Source: Nitrospirota bacterium (GTDB taxonomy: Bacteria > Nitrospirota > UBA9217). From it: 64,000 bases of DNA. Below the pieces are notes generated by a model. That model had not been told where the DNA came from. It ran no database searches and saw only the letters and a program-made list of their open reading frames with translations. Shown one piece after another: positions 49,835 through 59,837 of this stretch (the stretch's first letter is position 1; each line of letters begins with the position of its first letter). Location: positions 352,001 to 416,000 of the forward strand of contig OY760142.1 in assembly GCA_963663225.1 (NCBI GenBank). The letters are read 5' to 3'. A program made the translations under genes and the position numbers.

Positions 49835-49897
49835 GTTATTTTCTCCTTTGCGATACAGGGTAACAGCAAAAAATTATTACGACCGCCTGCGGTGCAT

Positions 49898-52210
49898 TTA
49901 TCGCGAGGTTTCTTTATTACTATCATGACGGTATTGCGCTCCCGAATCCGGAGAATTCAGGTGCACGCCGACGGCGATGGCCATCGGCAGAACTCCAAAA
50001 AGTATGAAAATAAGGTCCGCAGGCATGCGGAGCCATTCAAGCACTTGCATAAACCCCGTATGCAAGAATTCAGGGCTTCTTGCATGCCAGTAACCGTTTT
50101 TCAGAACGTCCACAAACTGCAGCACGCCGCCGGGAAACAGATTCGTCATCACCATCAGGGCCAATCCGCCGTTAAGGCCCCAGAAAGAGATGCGGACGTA
50201 CCGCTCCAGTTTTCCCCATTCGGCATTGCTTGATGTCTGGCGGAGAGCAAAAACCAGCAATGCCATGGCCAGCATGCCAAAAACCCCCATCAAAGCAGCA
50301 TGACCATGGTTCGGCGTCAGGATGGTGCCCACTTCGAAGTAACTCACAATGGGCAGATTGATGAGAAAACCGAATATTCCTGCACCGATAAAGTTCCAGA
50401 CTCCGACAGCGATCAAAAAGTAAAAGGTCCATTTATGTGGAATGACTATTTCTTCCTCGCACAGGCCGCACTTTGAGCGCGTCAACTTGACGAAATCCCA
50501 GGCGTCAAGCGTGAGCAGCGTAAGCGGCACGACTTCCATTGCCGAGAACACCGCGGCAAGAGCCATGTTGATATTCGATTGCCCTGTCCAGTACCAGTGA
50601 TGCCCCGTGCCGATGATGCCGCTCCCGAGATAGAGAATGGCATCGAGATACACGACACGCGCCGCCGTCTGATGTGAAACGATGCCCAGAAGATAAAATA
50701 TGACGGCCACCATTACCGTCGCGAACACCTCGAAAAATCCCTCGACCCAGAGATGGATTATCCAGAACCGCCAGGTGTCCACCACGGAAAAATGCGTTGT
50801 GCTCGTGAAGAACATCGCCGGCATGTAAAACAGGGGAATTGCAAACGCCGCGTAGAGAAAGAGCAAAGAAATCTCTCTCCGCTCAGTGTCCCGGAGCGCT
50901 GGTGAAATGCTCCTGTAAAGCAGCAGGAACCAGACCACAAAACCGACTGCCAGCAAAATCTGCCAGGCGCGGCCGAGATCAAGATATTCCCACCCCTGAT
51001 GTCCGAACCAGAACCAGAACGTGCCGAGGAGCTGGTTGATTCCGAGAATTTCTCCCAGCATGCTCCCCGCAACCACAACCACCAGGGCGCCGAACAGAAA
51101 ATTGACTCCCCATCGCTGGCCCAAAGGCTCTTTACCGCCCAGGGCCGGTGCAAGGAACAGTCCGCCGGCGATGTACGCCGTCGCTATCCAGAAGATCGCG
51201 GCCTGGAGATGCCAGGTGCGGAGAATATTGCTGGGGAGAAGCGTGGACAGATCAATACCAAAGAAACTTCCGGGATCTACCCGATAATGAGCAGTCGCGC
51301 CACCGACAAGCGTCTGGAACAAAAAAAGCAGCATGACGACGCCGAAATATTTTACAGTTGCCTTTTGTCCCGGCAAGACAGCCCCTCCGGGGATCATCTG
51401 CGGATGAATATGACCGCCTTTTTTCTTCCATCCGAGAAAATCAAATTTTCCGAATGCAAAAAGTACGGCGGCTGTCGCGGCAAGCAGCGCAATGAGACTC
51501 AGGGCGCTCCAGAGAACTGCGTCGACGCTCGGTGAATTGCCGACAGCGGGTTCATAGGGGAAATTGTTTGTATACGAATATAGTTTGCCGGGGCGGTTTG
51601 CCGCGGATGCCCAGGCGGTCCAGGCAAAAAACGCCGTGAGCTGGCGAAGTTCGACGGGGTCGGTTATGTATTTTGCGGGTAAACCGGCACTCGCGACAGG
51701 CTGTGAAAAATACGCGGTCCACGCGGAGAGCTGATCGTGGTAGGAATCGGATTCAATATCCGTAAACAGCAGCATTCCGGACTGAGGATCATATCTGTTT
51801 TGCTTCAGCAGCTGCTGCACTTCCGCGGCGACGACCTCCTGATCCATCACGGAAGAGTATTGCGAAAGTATAGTGGATCGTTTTTGTGCAATTACTTTCC
51901 CAGCATGCGCGGCCAGCGAATGCAGATACTCCGCTGAAAAATCCGGTCCAAGATAGGCGCCATGTCCCCAGATTGTCCCGTTTTCCATCAGTCCATACTT
52001 GAGGAATACCTGTTGGCCTGCCATGATGTCTTCTCTGGTAAAAACAGATTGGCCAGTAGCGCGTATGACTTTTTCCGGGACAGGCGGAGCGTCTTCACCG
52101 ACTTTTGTTGCAAGCCAGATCAAGACTGAAAAACACACAATCAACACCAGAATAAGAGAATTTTTCCACCACGACGAGAGTGGTTCTTCTGCGCCCGCAT
52201 GTTCATTCAT
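49898..52210 (-). CDS. norB: Quinol-dependent nitric oxide reductase (qNor)
   Basis: WGHGAYLGPDFSA, RTWHLQ, HLWVEGFFEVF, GTGHHWYW and HGHAALMG. Confidence 0.95.
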   Translation of the reverse strand: MNEHAGAEEPLSSWWKNSLILVLIVCFSVLIWLATKVGEDAPPVPEKVIRATGQSVFTREDIMAGQQVFLKYGLMENGTIWGHGAYLGPDFSAEYLHSLAAHAGKVIAQKRSTILSQYSSVMDQEVVAAEVQQLLKQNRYDPQSGMLLFTDIESDSYHDQLSAWTAYFSQPVASAGLPAKYITDPVELRQLTAFFAWTAWASAANRPGKLYSYTNNFPYEPAVGNSPSVDAVLWSALSLIALLAATAAVLFAFGKFDFLGWKKKGGHIHPQMIPGGAVLPGQKATVKYFGVVMLLFLFQTLVGGATAHYRVDPGSFFGIDLSTLLPSNILRTWHLQAAIFWIATAYIAGGLFLAPALGGKEPLGQRWGVNFLFGALVVVVAGSMLGEILGINQLLGTFWFWFGHQGWEYLDLGRAWQILLAVGFVVWFLLLYRSISPALRDTERREISLLFLYAAFAIPLFYMPAMFFTSTTHFSVVDTWRFWIIHLWVEGFFEVFATVMVAVIFYLLGIVSHQTAARVVYLDAILYLGSGIIGTGHHWYWTGQSNINMALAAVFSAMEVVPLTLLTLDAWDFVKLTRSKCGLCEEEIVIPHKWTFYFLIAVGVWNFIGAGIFGFLINLPIVSYFEVGTILTPNHGHAALMGVFGMLAMALLVFALRQTSSNAEWGKLERYVRISFWGLNGGLALMVMTNLFPGGVLQFVDVLKNGYWHARSPEFLHTGFMQVLEWLRMPADLIFILFGVLPMAIAVGVHLNSPDSGAQYRHDSNKETSR

Positions 52211-52267
52211 GACCGTGACCCTTTAGTAAATTTTCCTTCTGATGGAAGGAGCGGTGAGATTACACGA

Positions 52268-52726
52268 TTATTTCCCGACGATCTTTAACCAGTTGAAATC
52301 CGCTTTCCTGATATTGCCGGGAATATCCTTGCTCCATTTTTCATACGCCGCTTTGCTGCAGTTCAGATAAAGCTTGCCGTTTACGATCTTCCACACCTCC
52401 GGATCGGTTTTGGCCTTTCGTCCCTCCGACATGGCCCAGGCGCAGTAACCATCGTACTGCGGGGCGTATGCCTCCGGTGCAGCCGCGAACGCAATCCTGT
52501 TTTCTTGTGTTGAAAAAAGCCATGTCATGTCGTGCCATTGAAAGGTGAATGTTTCATTGCCCTTTACTGCCTGGCCCGATTTAAAATAGGCAACGGTGTC
52601 ATATCCCTGTATGGCCATGTCATCTGCCGACGACTTCCCGATAGCAATATTACCCGCCCCGGTCAGCAAAATGAACGCGGTTGAAAAACTCAATAGAATC
52701 AGATTGGCTGCTTTCAAAGAGTCCAT
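52268..52726 (-). CDS. Exported YHS-domain protein (Cys form)
   Basis: AIQGYDTVAYF, P..YAPQYDGYCAWAM and IVNGKLYLN. Confidence 0.9.
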   Translation of the reverse strand: MDSLKAANLILLSFSTAFILLTGAGNIAIGKSSADDMAIQGYDTVAYFKSGQAVKGNETFTFQWHDMTWLFSTQENRIAFAAAPEAYAPQYDGYCAWAMSEGRKAKTDPEVWKIVNGKLYLNCSKAAYEKWSKDIPGNIRKADFNWLKIVGK

Positions 52727-52919
52727 ATCGCGCTGCTCCTTTTGTTGCAGGATTTAACAGGGTTTGTAAATTTTTGTTTTAAGCTTATTATAGAACAAAA
52801 TGGAAAATAAAAGACATCGGCAAGGTCAAATGATTTGATTGCGGGTAAACACAGGCATGATAAAATTTCCACCCATCCGAGCGCCGCACTGAATAAAAAA
52901 CGGCGCCCGGATCCGGCAG

Positions 52920-54125
52920 CTATTTCAGTTCGGTTTTAAACATCTTTCTGGCCGCGGCCAGCCGATCATCGAGATCAGGCCCCTCCAGTTCAGCGGAAAC
53001 CTTCTGAAGGAAATCAGGAATGTTTACGTTCTGCGGGCACTTCTCCAGGCACGAACCGCACGCGCTGCACTCTGATGCGAATCCCGCCTCTCCGTTGCTC
53101 AACATGCCGCTCGCCGAAATAGTATAAAGAAATTTCGCTTCTTCCACGTTGCCGAACATATGCATTTTATTGTACAGGTCAAAGCACTTTGGAATCTGAA
53201 CGCCTGATGGACAGGGCATGCAATATCCGCAGCCTGTACATCCTATCGGCATCAACTCAAGATATCTTCGGCTTACGCGGTCTACCAGCGCCAACTCTTC
53301 TTTGGACAGGGAGTTTGGATGCGCCTCATCAGCGATGGCCAGATTTTGCTTGATATGAGCCTCCTCATTCATACCGGAGAGAACCACGGTCACCTCCGGA
53401 TGGTTCCACACCCAGCGAAGAGCCCACTCCACAGGGGAACGTCTGATCCTGGCCAAATTCCAGATGTCCGCGATGGCGGGAGGCGGCGTGGGGAGACTGA
53501 GATTTCCTCCCCGCAAAGGTTCCATGACTATCACGCCCAGATTCCTGGCAGCGGCATATTTCAGGCCTTCGATCCCAGCCTGAAATTTCTGGTCGAGATA
53601 ATTGTACTGTATCTGACAAAAAATCCAGGGATACTCATCAACAATGCGCTTGAAATCCACCAGTTCCCCGTGAAAGGAAAAACCAGCATTAACGATGCGG
53701 CCATCTTGCTGCGCTTTCTCTAGAAAATCAAAGATGCCGTGCGTCTTCACCGTATCCCATAAAGCGCCATCAAGCGCATGAACAAGATAATAATCGATTT
53801 GATCAATTCCCAGTTTTTCCATTTGCGTGGCCAGGTAGCGGTCCATGTCGCCGCGGCCGTTAATTATCCACGAAGGCAGCTTGGTTGCCACCTTGACCCT
53901 GTCACGGTACCTGTCTTTCAAGGCTTTTCCGAGCAACGGTTCGCTTTCGCCCCCATGGTACGGCCATGCGGTATCAACGTAGTTTACACCGTTATCGATT
54001 GCGTAGCGTATCTGGTTGATCGCTCTTTCTTCATCGATCTTTCCCGCTTTCATGGGAAGCCTCATACAGCCGAATCCAAGTATGGAAAGTGAATCTCCGT
54101 TTTTCGGTACTGTTCTGTATTGCAT
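52920..54125 (-). CDS. Aldo/keto reductase with C-terminal Fe-S domain
   Basis: LGFGCMRLP, DTAWPYH, MEPLRGG, CTGCGYCMPCP and CSACGSCLEKCP. Confidence 0.93.
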   Translation of the reverse strand: MQYRTVPKNGDSLSILGFGCMRLPMKAGKIDEERAINQIRYAIDNGVNYVDTAWPYHGGESEPLLGKALKDRYRDRVKVATKLPSWIINGRGDMDRYLATQMEKLGIDQIDYYLVHALDGALWDTVKTHGIFDFLEKAQQDGRIVNAGFSFHGELVDFKRIVDEYPWIFCQIQYNYLDQKFQAGIEGLKYAAARNLGVIVMEPLRGGNLSLPTPPPAIADIWNLARIRRSPVEWALRWVWNHPEVTVVLSGMNEEAHIKQNLAIADEAHPNSLSKEELALVDRVSRRYLELMPIGCTGCGYCMPCPSGVQIPKCFDLYNKMHMFGNVEEAKFLYTISASGMLSNGEAGFASECSACGSCLEKCPQNVNIPDFLQKVSAELEGPDLDDRLAAARKMFKTELK

Positions 54126-54202
54126 GTTTTTTCTCCTGTTTTTCATGTCCTTGAGTGAAGAACAAATACGACCACCGGCATACGTAAGCTTCCAGCAGCC
54201 CG

Positions 54203-54508
54203 CTATGCTTCCGTTAGCACCTTAAGGGTGCGTTCCTCGACCAGGTCTTTTACTTTGTCCCGGTACGTCAGCATATGAGGCGCTTTAAGATGCCGGTGGA
54301 GCGCTTCGAGGCTTTCCCATTTTTCGATAATCGTAATCAGTTGCGGGTCGAGTCCTTGCGTCGGCAGCTTCGAGTCGATATCGGCTGTCGGCATGTATTC
54401 CAGACATCCCTTCTCAGCCCTGACTGTAGGCACATTGGCCTTGCATATTTCCAGAAATTCCGGTATTTTTCCGGATTTAATGCGGATTGATGCAATAACA
54501 CTGATCAT
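54203..54508 (-). CDS. Putative quinol monooxygenase (ABM family)
   Basis: AEKGCLEY and IEKWESLEAL..HL.APHM. Confidence 0.9.
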   Translation of the reverse strand: MISVIASIRIKSGKIPEFLEICKANVPTVRAEKGCLEYMPTADIDSKLPTQGLDPQLITIIEKWESLEALHRHLKAPHMLTYRDKVKDLVEERTLKVLTEA

Positions 54509-54539
54509 AGTGGTTCTCCTTGTATCGTTGGAGCAGTCA

Positions 54540-54986
54540 CTACCGGGATATTGACAAATCAGATTCTCTCAGCTGCTTTGTGTATCGTTGTCCGTCTACT
54601 TTCTCCAGTTCGATTTGCGCTTCAACACCAAAAGTCATTCCACCGGCGCTCGACATATCATCGATTGACAAGGTCGGCAGTTTTGCTGAGTTGGTGATTG
54701 CATACGTTGAATGAGGCGAAGAACAATAGTAAAGTTGATTTCCTCTTCCACTGTTCATCAGGTTACAAATCCATCCTCTCGGAAAAAAAGCATGCGTGAC
54801 CCTGCCCCCTGTCAAAGAAACCTCAACTCCAACAATTTTTTCTCCGGGATTCATTGCAAAAGCCGGAATTTTCACCAAAAGCTGTTTATATCTGACGGAA
54901 TGATCCGCGGCATTTCCCGCCTGATGTCCGAATAATAAAATTGCGAAGACGACAATTACGAATAAGCGCGAGTTGGTTTGTCGCAT
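54540..54986 (-). CDS. Hypothetical exported protein
   Basis: Signal peptide, AAGGAA RBS and a Cys pair. Confidence 0.65.
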   Translation of the reverse strand: MRQTNSRLFVIVVFAILLFGHQAGNAADHSVRYKQLLVKIPAFAMNPGEKIVGVEVSLTGGRVTHAFFPRGWICNLMNSGRGNQLYYCSSPHSTYAITNSAKLPTLSIDDMSSAGGMTFGVEAQIELEKVDGQRYTKQLRESDLSISR

Positions 54987-55175
54987 TGCTATTCCTTTCG
55001 AGATTTTTCCAACTATATCATAATACTAATAATTCGGATAGTGCTTATCATAGGAAATGTTCATTTACCAAGACAATGTATTTTCTTCCGGGTTTTGCTG
55101 CCGTTCCTGCAATCAGATATTCGCTCATTGCTCTGAATCCTCTTCAACATCTTCTCACCTGAATATTTAATACAA

Positions 55176-55850
55176 ATGTTTTTGTCAAGAAACATTGCTT
55201 GTGATAAAATTCAACAGTGGGTCAACGTTGTAAAAGCACGCTGGAGGAAATTCTTGCTCTATCCGGTCATATCGTTAATTTTCGCTCTTGCAATCCTTCC
55301 GTTCGCAGCAGGCATCCTTCCCCTGGTTCATTTTACGTCTGAAAAAATCGACGTGCACGTTTATTCCGAAGAAGTACGCGTTGATGGTCGCTATTTTTAC
55401 AGGAACCCGTTTCCTTTTCCCGTGATGCAGGGTTTTTCCATCCCTTTTCCGACTGACAAGGACCACCCGGAACCATTTGTTGTTCAAGCAGAACGTTTAA
55501 CACCCGCAAGGGAAGCACTCAACCTAAGACGGTTTTTCGACAAAACAGGGTTTGAAGTATATTTCTCCGCCCATGAAGAAATTGAAGTAACGGTATCATA
55601 CCACCAGAAAAGCGGAACCGGCAACGCCACCTATATTCTCACCACCACGCGCCCGTGGGGAAAGCCCCTTGACCACGGAGTTTACACGATCTTTTCGCAC
55701 GGTACCGTTATCATATCGTCAAACTATCCATTCAATCTCGACAACAATATACCGGGTTTTCATATGAGCAATTTTATGCCGGAAAAAGACTGGCAATTTG
55801 CCTGGAGGAGAACAAATGACAAAGAGTCCCGCAGTTATGCAGTTTTTTAA
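55176..55850 (+). CDS. Hypothetical membrane-anchored beta-rich protein (DUF4424-like; start uncertain)
   Basis: F.SEKIDV...Y.YRNP...FP, YILTT..PWGKPL and NFMPEKD. Confidence 0.65.
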   Translation: MFLSRNIACDKIQQWVNVVKARWRKFLLYPVISLIFALAILPFAAGILPLVHFTSEKIDVHVYSEEVRVDGRYFYRNPFPFPVMQGFSIPFPTDKDHPEPFVVQAERLTPAREALNLRRFFDKTGFEVYFSAHEEIEVTVSYHQKSGTGNATYILTTTRPWGKPLDHGVYTIFSHGTVIISSNYPFNLDNNIPGFHMSNFMPEKDWQFAWRRTNDKESRSYAVF

Positions 55851-56610
55851 CCTGCTTCTGTCCGCTTTCTTTCTTGTGTTTGCGACCGCCGCCCCTGCAT
55901 TCGCAAACAACGCTCCCGGGCCGCTCGCGATAGTGTCGCTCCTGTCACTGGTGATTCTGATTGTGGCGCTGACGTTTGCAGGCGGCGGCTACCGCGTATA
56001 TAAGCGGCTGCAGGAAACTAAATATACCTCGAAGCTGAGACGCACTATCATGAATGTCATGGAATTTATCGCCGGCGTTGCATTATTTTTTGTCGGCGCC
56101 TTCCTGTCCGTTTTCGGCATCCTGGGTTTTTCTCTATACGCAATCGCTCGGGGAATAAAAATGTTGAAGTGGGCACGGGAAGCCGGAAAAGACGGGGAAA
56201 CACCGGCCCATCTTGAAGGGGCAAATTCCAAAAGACTGAAGCAGGCCGGCATCATGCTGATTGTTTTTACTCTTCTTGTCCTCGGCTATTCGATGCTCCA
56301 CCTCGATGAAGTGACCGGAGTTGCCCCTTATAAAAAGAAAGGGCATGCTGCAGTTCTGAACGATGAGGTAAAGAAAGCGTACAGCGCCGCGCAAGTGCAT
56401 CTCAAGGAAAATCCAAAAGCAGAAATTGTTACCTGCGCCGATATGGAGAAAGCGGGCTACACACCTTCCTACAAAGGGACGGTCAATTGCTTTTCGGACA
56501 TGACCGTTTCCTCCGGGGAGATACGAATGACCGGGCCGCAATCGTGGGAGCTCAAGAAACCGGTTGCGAGCATGACTTTTTCCGGCGAGTTCTCTCCGGC
56601 GGAGCCTTGA
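55816..56610 (+). CDS. Multi-TM protein with a pilin-like C-terminal domain
   Basis: GGAGGAG RBS; signal peptide plus ~4 TMs; KKAYSAAQVHLKENP...GY..S segment. Confidence 0.7.
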   Translation: MTKSPAVMQFFNLLLSAFFLVFATAAPAFANNAPGPLAIVSLLSLVILIVALTFAGGGYRVYKRLQETKYTSKLRRTIMNVMEFIAGVALFFVGAFLSVFGILGFSLYAIARGIKMLKWAREAGKDGETPAHLEGANSKRLKQAGIMLIVFTLLVLGYSMLHLDEVTGVAPYKKKGHAAVLNDEVKKAYSAAQVHLKENPKAEIVTCADMEKAGYTPSYKGTVNCFSDMTVSSGEIRMTGPQSWELKKPVASMTFSGEFSPAEP

Positions 56611-56676
56611 GTGTTCTCCGCTTGGCGGAGCAGTTTTTTTATCGCAGTGGCTGAGGGTTACTGAATATTCAAATGA

Positions 56677-57750
56677 TTATTTTTCCTTCTTGAATTGCCT
56701 GCGGATGTCCTCATAATATTTTTTAGCGCAATCCGGACATAAGCCATGCGTAAATTCAGCTTCGGATTTATCGGAAATATAGGCTTCAATCTGGCTCCAA
56801 TAGCCCTTGTCATCCTTTATTTTTTTGCAGGATGCGCAGATAGGCAACAAGCCGCTTAATTGTTTCACCTTGGCAAGCGATTCCTGAAGTTCATGAACAA
56901 GCTTTTCGCGCTGTTCTTCCGCTTTTTTGCGTTCTGATATTTCTTCCAGCAACTTTGTATTTGAGTTCTCCAGTTCTGACGCGGCCAGCTGCAGGGCGGT
57001 TTCTCTTCGGTGCAGTTGTCGTCCCGCAAAAAATAAACCGGCAAGCCCTACACACCACAGCAAAAAATGGCCACTGGACAATCCGGTGATTCTGGATTGT
57101 TCAATGGCTCTCAGGGGCCCCATGGGGACGGAAGCGCTTATGCCTCCTCGAATATTTCCTTCTTGATACCCCTGGTGCGCATGACACGGAAGACATGATT
57201 TTTCGGTCACCAACGGGCGCATCAACCGCATGTATTCCCTGTTGTCGATCAAATCAAGGGAATATACTTCTTTCTTCCCCTGCGCAAATTCCACAAGAGC
57301 TTTTGTTTCCCAGCTGTCTGCCTTGTTTTCCGGACGGATAGGGTTCAAGCTCGTAATATGTCCGAGGATGCCCTGTTCCTGCTGCAGCAGTTCGTGGGAT
57401 TGGCGTGTCATGTACGCCGGATTTATCATGGTCAGCTTCCGGCCTGATTGTGTCGTAACGTCACGTTCAGGAATATCTGTTAGATAAGGATTACCCGGGG
57501 TATTCCTGGTCCGCGGTACGTATACCCCGCCATGCAGAGCGTTCCAGCGGCGGTAAATCACATCTTTCGTGAAAGCCACCCGCGCTTCGATAATCGCAAG
57601 CTCAAGAATCTGCCGCTTCAGATGGAGTATGTTCCATGCCGCAGAAAATACAATTATCACAGTCCATACCGCTGACAGTATCCAGAGATACCGTTTTATC
57701 TCAAATGAGTACTTGCTCTTCTTTTTATCAAGAAGCATCAGCCGCCTCAT
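56677..57750 (-). CDS. Heme-c sensor (DUF3365/Tll0287-like) with a Cys-rich C-terminal domain
   Basis: WNALHGGVYV, INPAYMTRQ and CLPCH; C-terminal LPICASCKKI.DDKGYW...FTHGLCPDC. Confidence 0.85.
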   Translation of the reverse strand: MRRLMLLDKKKSKYSFEIKRYLWILSAVWTVIIVFSAAWNILHLKRQILELAIIEARVAFTKDVIYRRWNALHGGVYVPRTRNTPGNPYLTDIPERDVTTQSGRKLTMINPAYMTRQSHELLQQEQGILGHITSLNPIRPENKADSWETKALVEFAQGKKEVYSLDLIDNREYMRLMRPLVTEKSCLPCHAHQGYQEGNIRGGISASVPMGPLRAIEQSRITGLSSGHFLLWCVGLAGLFFAGRQLHRRETALQLAASELENSNTKLLEEISERKKAEEQREKLVHELQESLAKVKQLSGLLPICASCKKIKDDKGYWSQIEAYISDKSEAEFTHGLCPDCAKKYYEDIRRQFKKEK

Positions 57751-58004
57751 ACTTATTGCCTATAGTTAGCATTGGGTGTTTTTTATATTGTATCATTGTG
57801 GATCAATTTTTTTTGGACTTTAATCACTGTGCAAGCTTAACATCGGCAATTCGGAATACTCAGGCAGCATACAATTCTTTCACTACCGGAGAAAAATTGG
57901 ACCGGGAATTTCACCATAGCATTCATCTCCTTTGATTGCCCTCTTTTTTTCTTTATGTTATGATGAACAAACATTGCCAGTAAGACATCGTTTGGGAGAA
58001 TTTT

Positions 58005-59837
58005 ATGATACGAGTGGTCCTCAATGTTTTGCCGCCCTCGAGAATCGACACCCCTTCTGCCGCGTTATCCACACTCAAGTCATTCCTGAAGCACCATGCG
58101 ATTGATGCAACGATTGTTTATTGGAACATTCTTCTTGACCGGCTCCTTCCCTCTTTTGAAAGAAATACCGACGAGACCCATTTCGAGTTGCTTCCATACC
58201 TCTACCTGATTTCTGATACGTATCAGGACGAAATCAAGAAGAGCAAAGCAAATGCCGTAATGAAAGCACAGCTGCCGTTCTCCGATATTCTAAACGACCG
58301 GAGCGATTTTTTTGCCCGGGCCAACGATATCCTGGAAGCTGCGTTTTCAACAGAATTTTCCCAGGAGATATATGCCGGTCAAATGCTTTTCGGAATATCC
58401 TGCAAATATGAGCAATGGATTCCCGGCATAATCCTCGCGAACCACCTAAAAAAACGTTTCCCTCATGCAAAAACCGTGATTGGAGGACTCAGAAACCGGG
58501 ACAAAGCAGAAGCTGTCATGAAAATATGCGGCGATTTCGATTTTGCCATATGGGGAGAGGGAGAATATCCGCTCTTGACGCTTTGCCGGGCTCTCGATAA
58601 AAAGACAGACGAATTTACGTCCGTCCCACGGTTGATCTTTCGCGAAAACGGTACCCTATTGTCTTCAGACACGGACGCAAGTGATTTCTCCGACATGAAC
58701 GACAGAATATTTCCTGACTATGATGATTACTTCCGCTGTCTCGAAACGTCGCGCAGAAAGAACTTTCCCGTTATCCTCCCTCTTGAATCCAGCCGGGGGT
58801 GCACCTGGAACGCGTGCAAATTCTGCGTTTACGCAGAAGGGTACAGGTGCAGAAAAAAGGATCCGGCAGTATTGGAAGAGGAAATTAGGCATCTGCTGGG
58901 CAAATACAAGACACCATATTTTGCCTTCATGGACAACGATATCGTGGCGAATGACCACGCAAGGCTCGACAAAATTCTTGACGCTCTCATTGCGATAAAA
59001 AAGGACTGCAATATTCACTTCATCGCCGAAGTGATACCTAAAAATTTTACCGCAGCAACCATGAAAAAACTTTCCCAGGCGGGACTGAACAGGATTCATT
59101 TCGGCTATGAGGCGCTTGCGAACTCGTTGCTGAAGAAGCTCGGGAAAAAGACCAACTTTTCGGACAATCTGCTTTTTGTCAAACTGGCGCTCAAATACCT
59201 AATCAAGCTTCCGTCGGCAAACATCATATGCGGCGCCGTGGGCGAGGAAGATCACGATATTCTTGAAAGCATCGACAATTTGCACTTTTTAAGGTTTTAC
59301 TTTGACAAAAACTTTTTCGTCCATAATATCATCCCCCTGCGTGTTGCCCAGCATTCCGATTTTTACAACCTGATCCCGAAGGAAACCCTCCTCAAATGGA
59401 ACGCGAATCCGATTTTCCACTTATTGCCGGATGACATGCTGGAGGGCATTGACCGTTTTTCGCTCTTCGATTTCAGCGCTGAACAGAATTTCATGTGGGA
59501 AATGTTTACAAAGATAAACACCTTTTACTATAATCACAACTATCGCTATAGCATTTCACGACAGGACGGTGCCATCATCTATAGCGAATACTTCGACGGT
59601 GATCTGGCCACACGGTTCGGGCTAAGCGACTTGGAATATCAGATCCTGCTGGAAACCAATTCAAACATACTGAATTGGAAGGAGCTAATCGGAGGTTTTC
59701 GGCTGAGGAACAATGTTCCGGTGGATGAATGTGCGGTGCGCATTGCTCTTGATCGTTTGAAAGAAAAACATTTAATCTATTTTGGCGACAACTATCATGC
59801 AATCATATCAGTCATTGACACCGATCAAACCTTTTGA
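58005..59837 (+). CDS. B12-binding radical SAM enzyme (class B), probable RiPP tailoring enzyme
   Basis: PSAALSTLKSFL...YWN, IGG...GEGE, ESSRGCTWNACKFC and FGYEAL; winged-helix-like C-terminus. Confidence 0.88.
   Translation: MIRVVLNVLPPSRIDTPSAALSTLKSFLKHHAIDATIVYWNILLDRLLPSFERNTDETHFELLPYLYLISDTYQDEIKKSKANAVMKAQLPFSDILNDRSDFFARANDILEAAFSTEFSQEIYAGQMLFGISCKYEQWIPGIILANHLKKRFPHAKTVIGGLRNRDKAEAVMKICGDFDFAIWGEGEYPLLTLCRALDKKTDEFTSVPRLIFRENGTLLSSDTDASDFSDMNDRIFPDYDDYFRCLETSRRKNFPVILPLESSRGCTWNACKFCVYAEGYRCRKKDPAVLEEEIRHLLGKYKTPYFAFMDNDIVANDHARLDKILDALIAIKKDCNIHFIAEVIPKNFTAATMKKLSQAGLNRIHFGYEALANSLLKKLGKKTNFSDNLLFVKLALKYLIKLPSANIICGAVGEEDHDILESIDNLHFLRFYFDKNFFVHNIIPLRVAQHSDFYNLIPKETLLKWNANPIFHLLPDDMLEGIDRFSLFDFSAEQNFMWEMFTKINTFYYNHNYRYSISRQDGAIIYSEYFDGDLATRFGLSDLEYQILLETNSNILNWKELIGGFRLRNNVPVDECAVRIALDRLKEKHLIYFGDNYHAIISVIDTDQTF

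Noticed and set aside
49898-52210. Possible NO dismutase (Nod)
   Set aside because: The catalytic motifs are canonical qNor (HLWVEGFFE, GTGHHWY), without the His-to-Asn and related substitutions of Nod.
52268-52726. Selenoprotein (YHS family members can carry Sec)
   Set aside because: The relevant residue is Cys (GYCAW) and there is no in-frame TGA; the RiPP precursor also has none.
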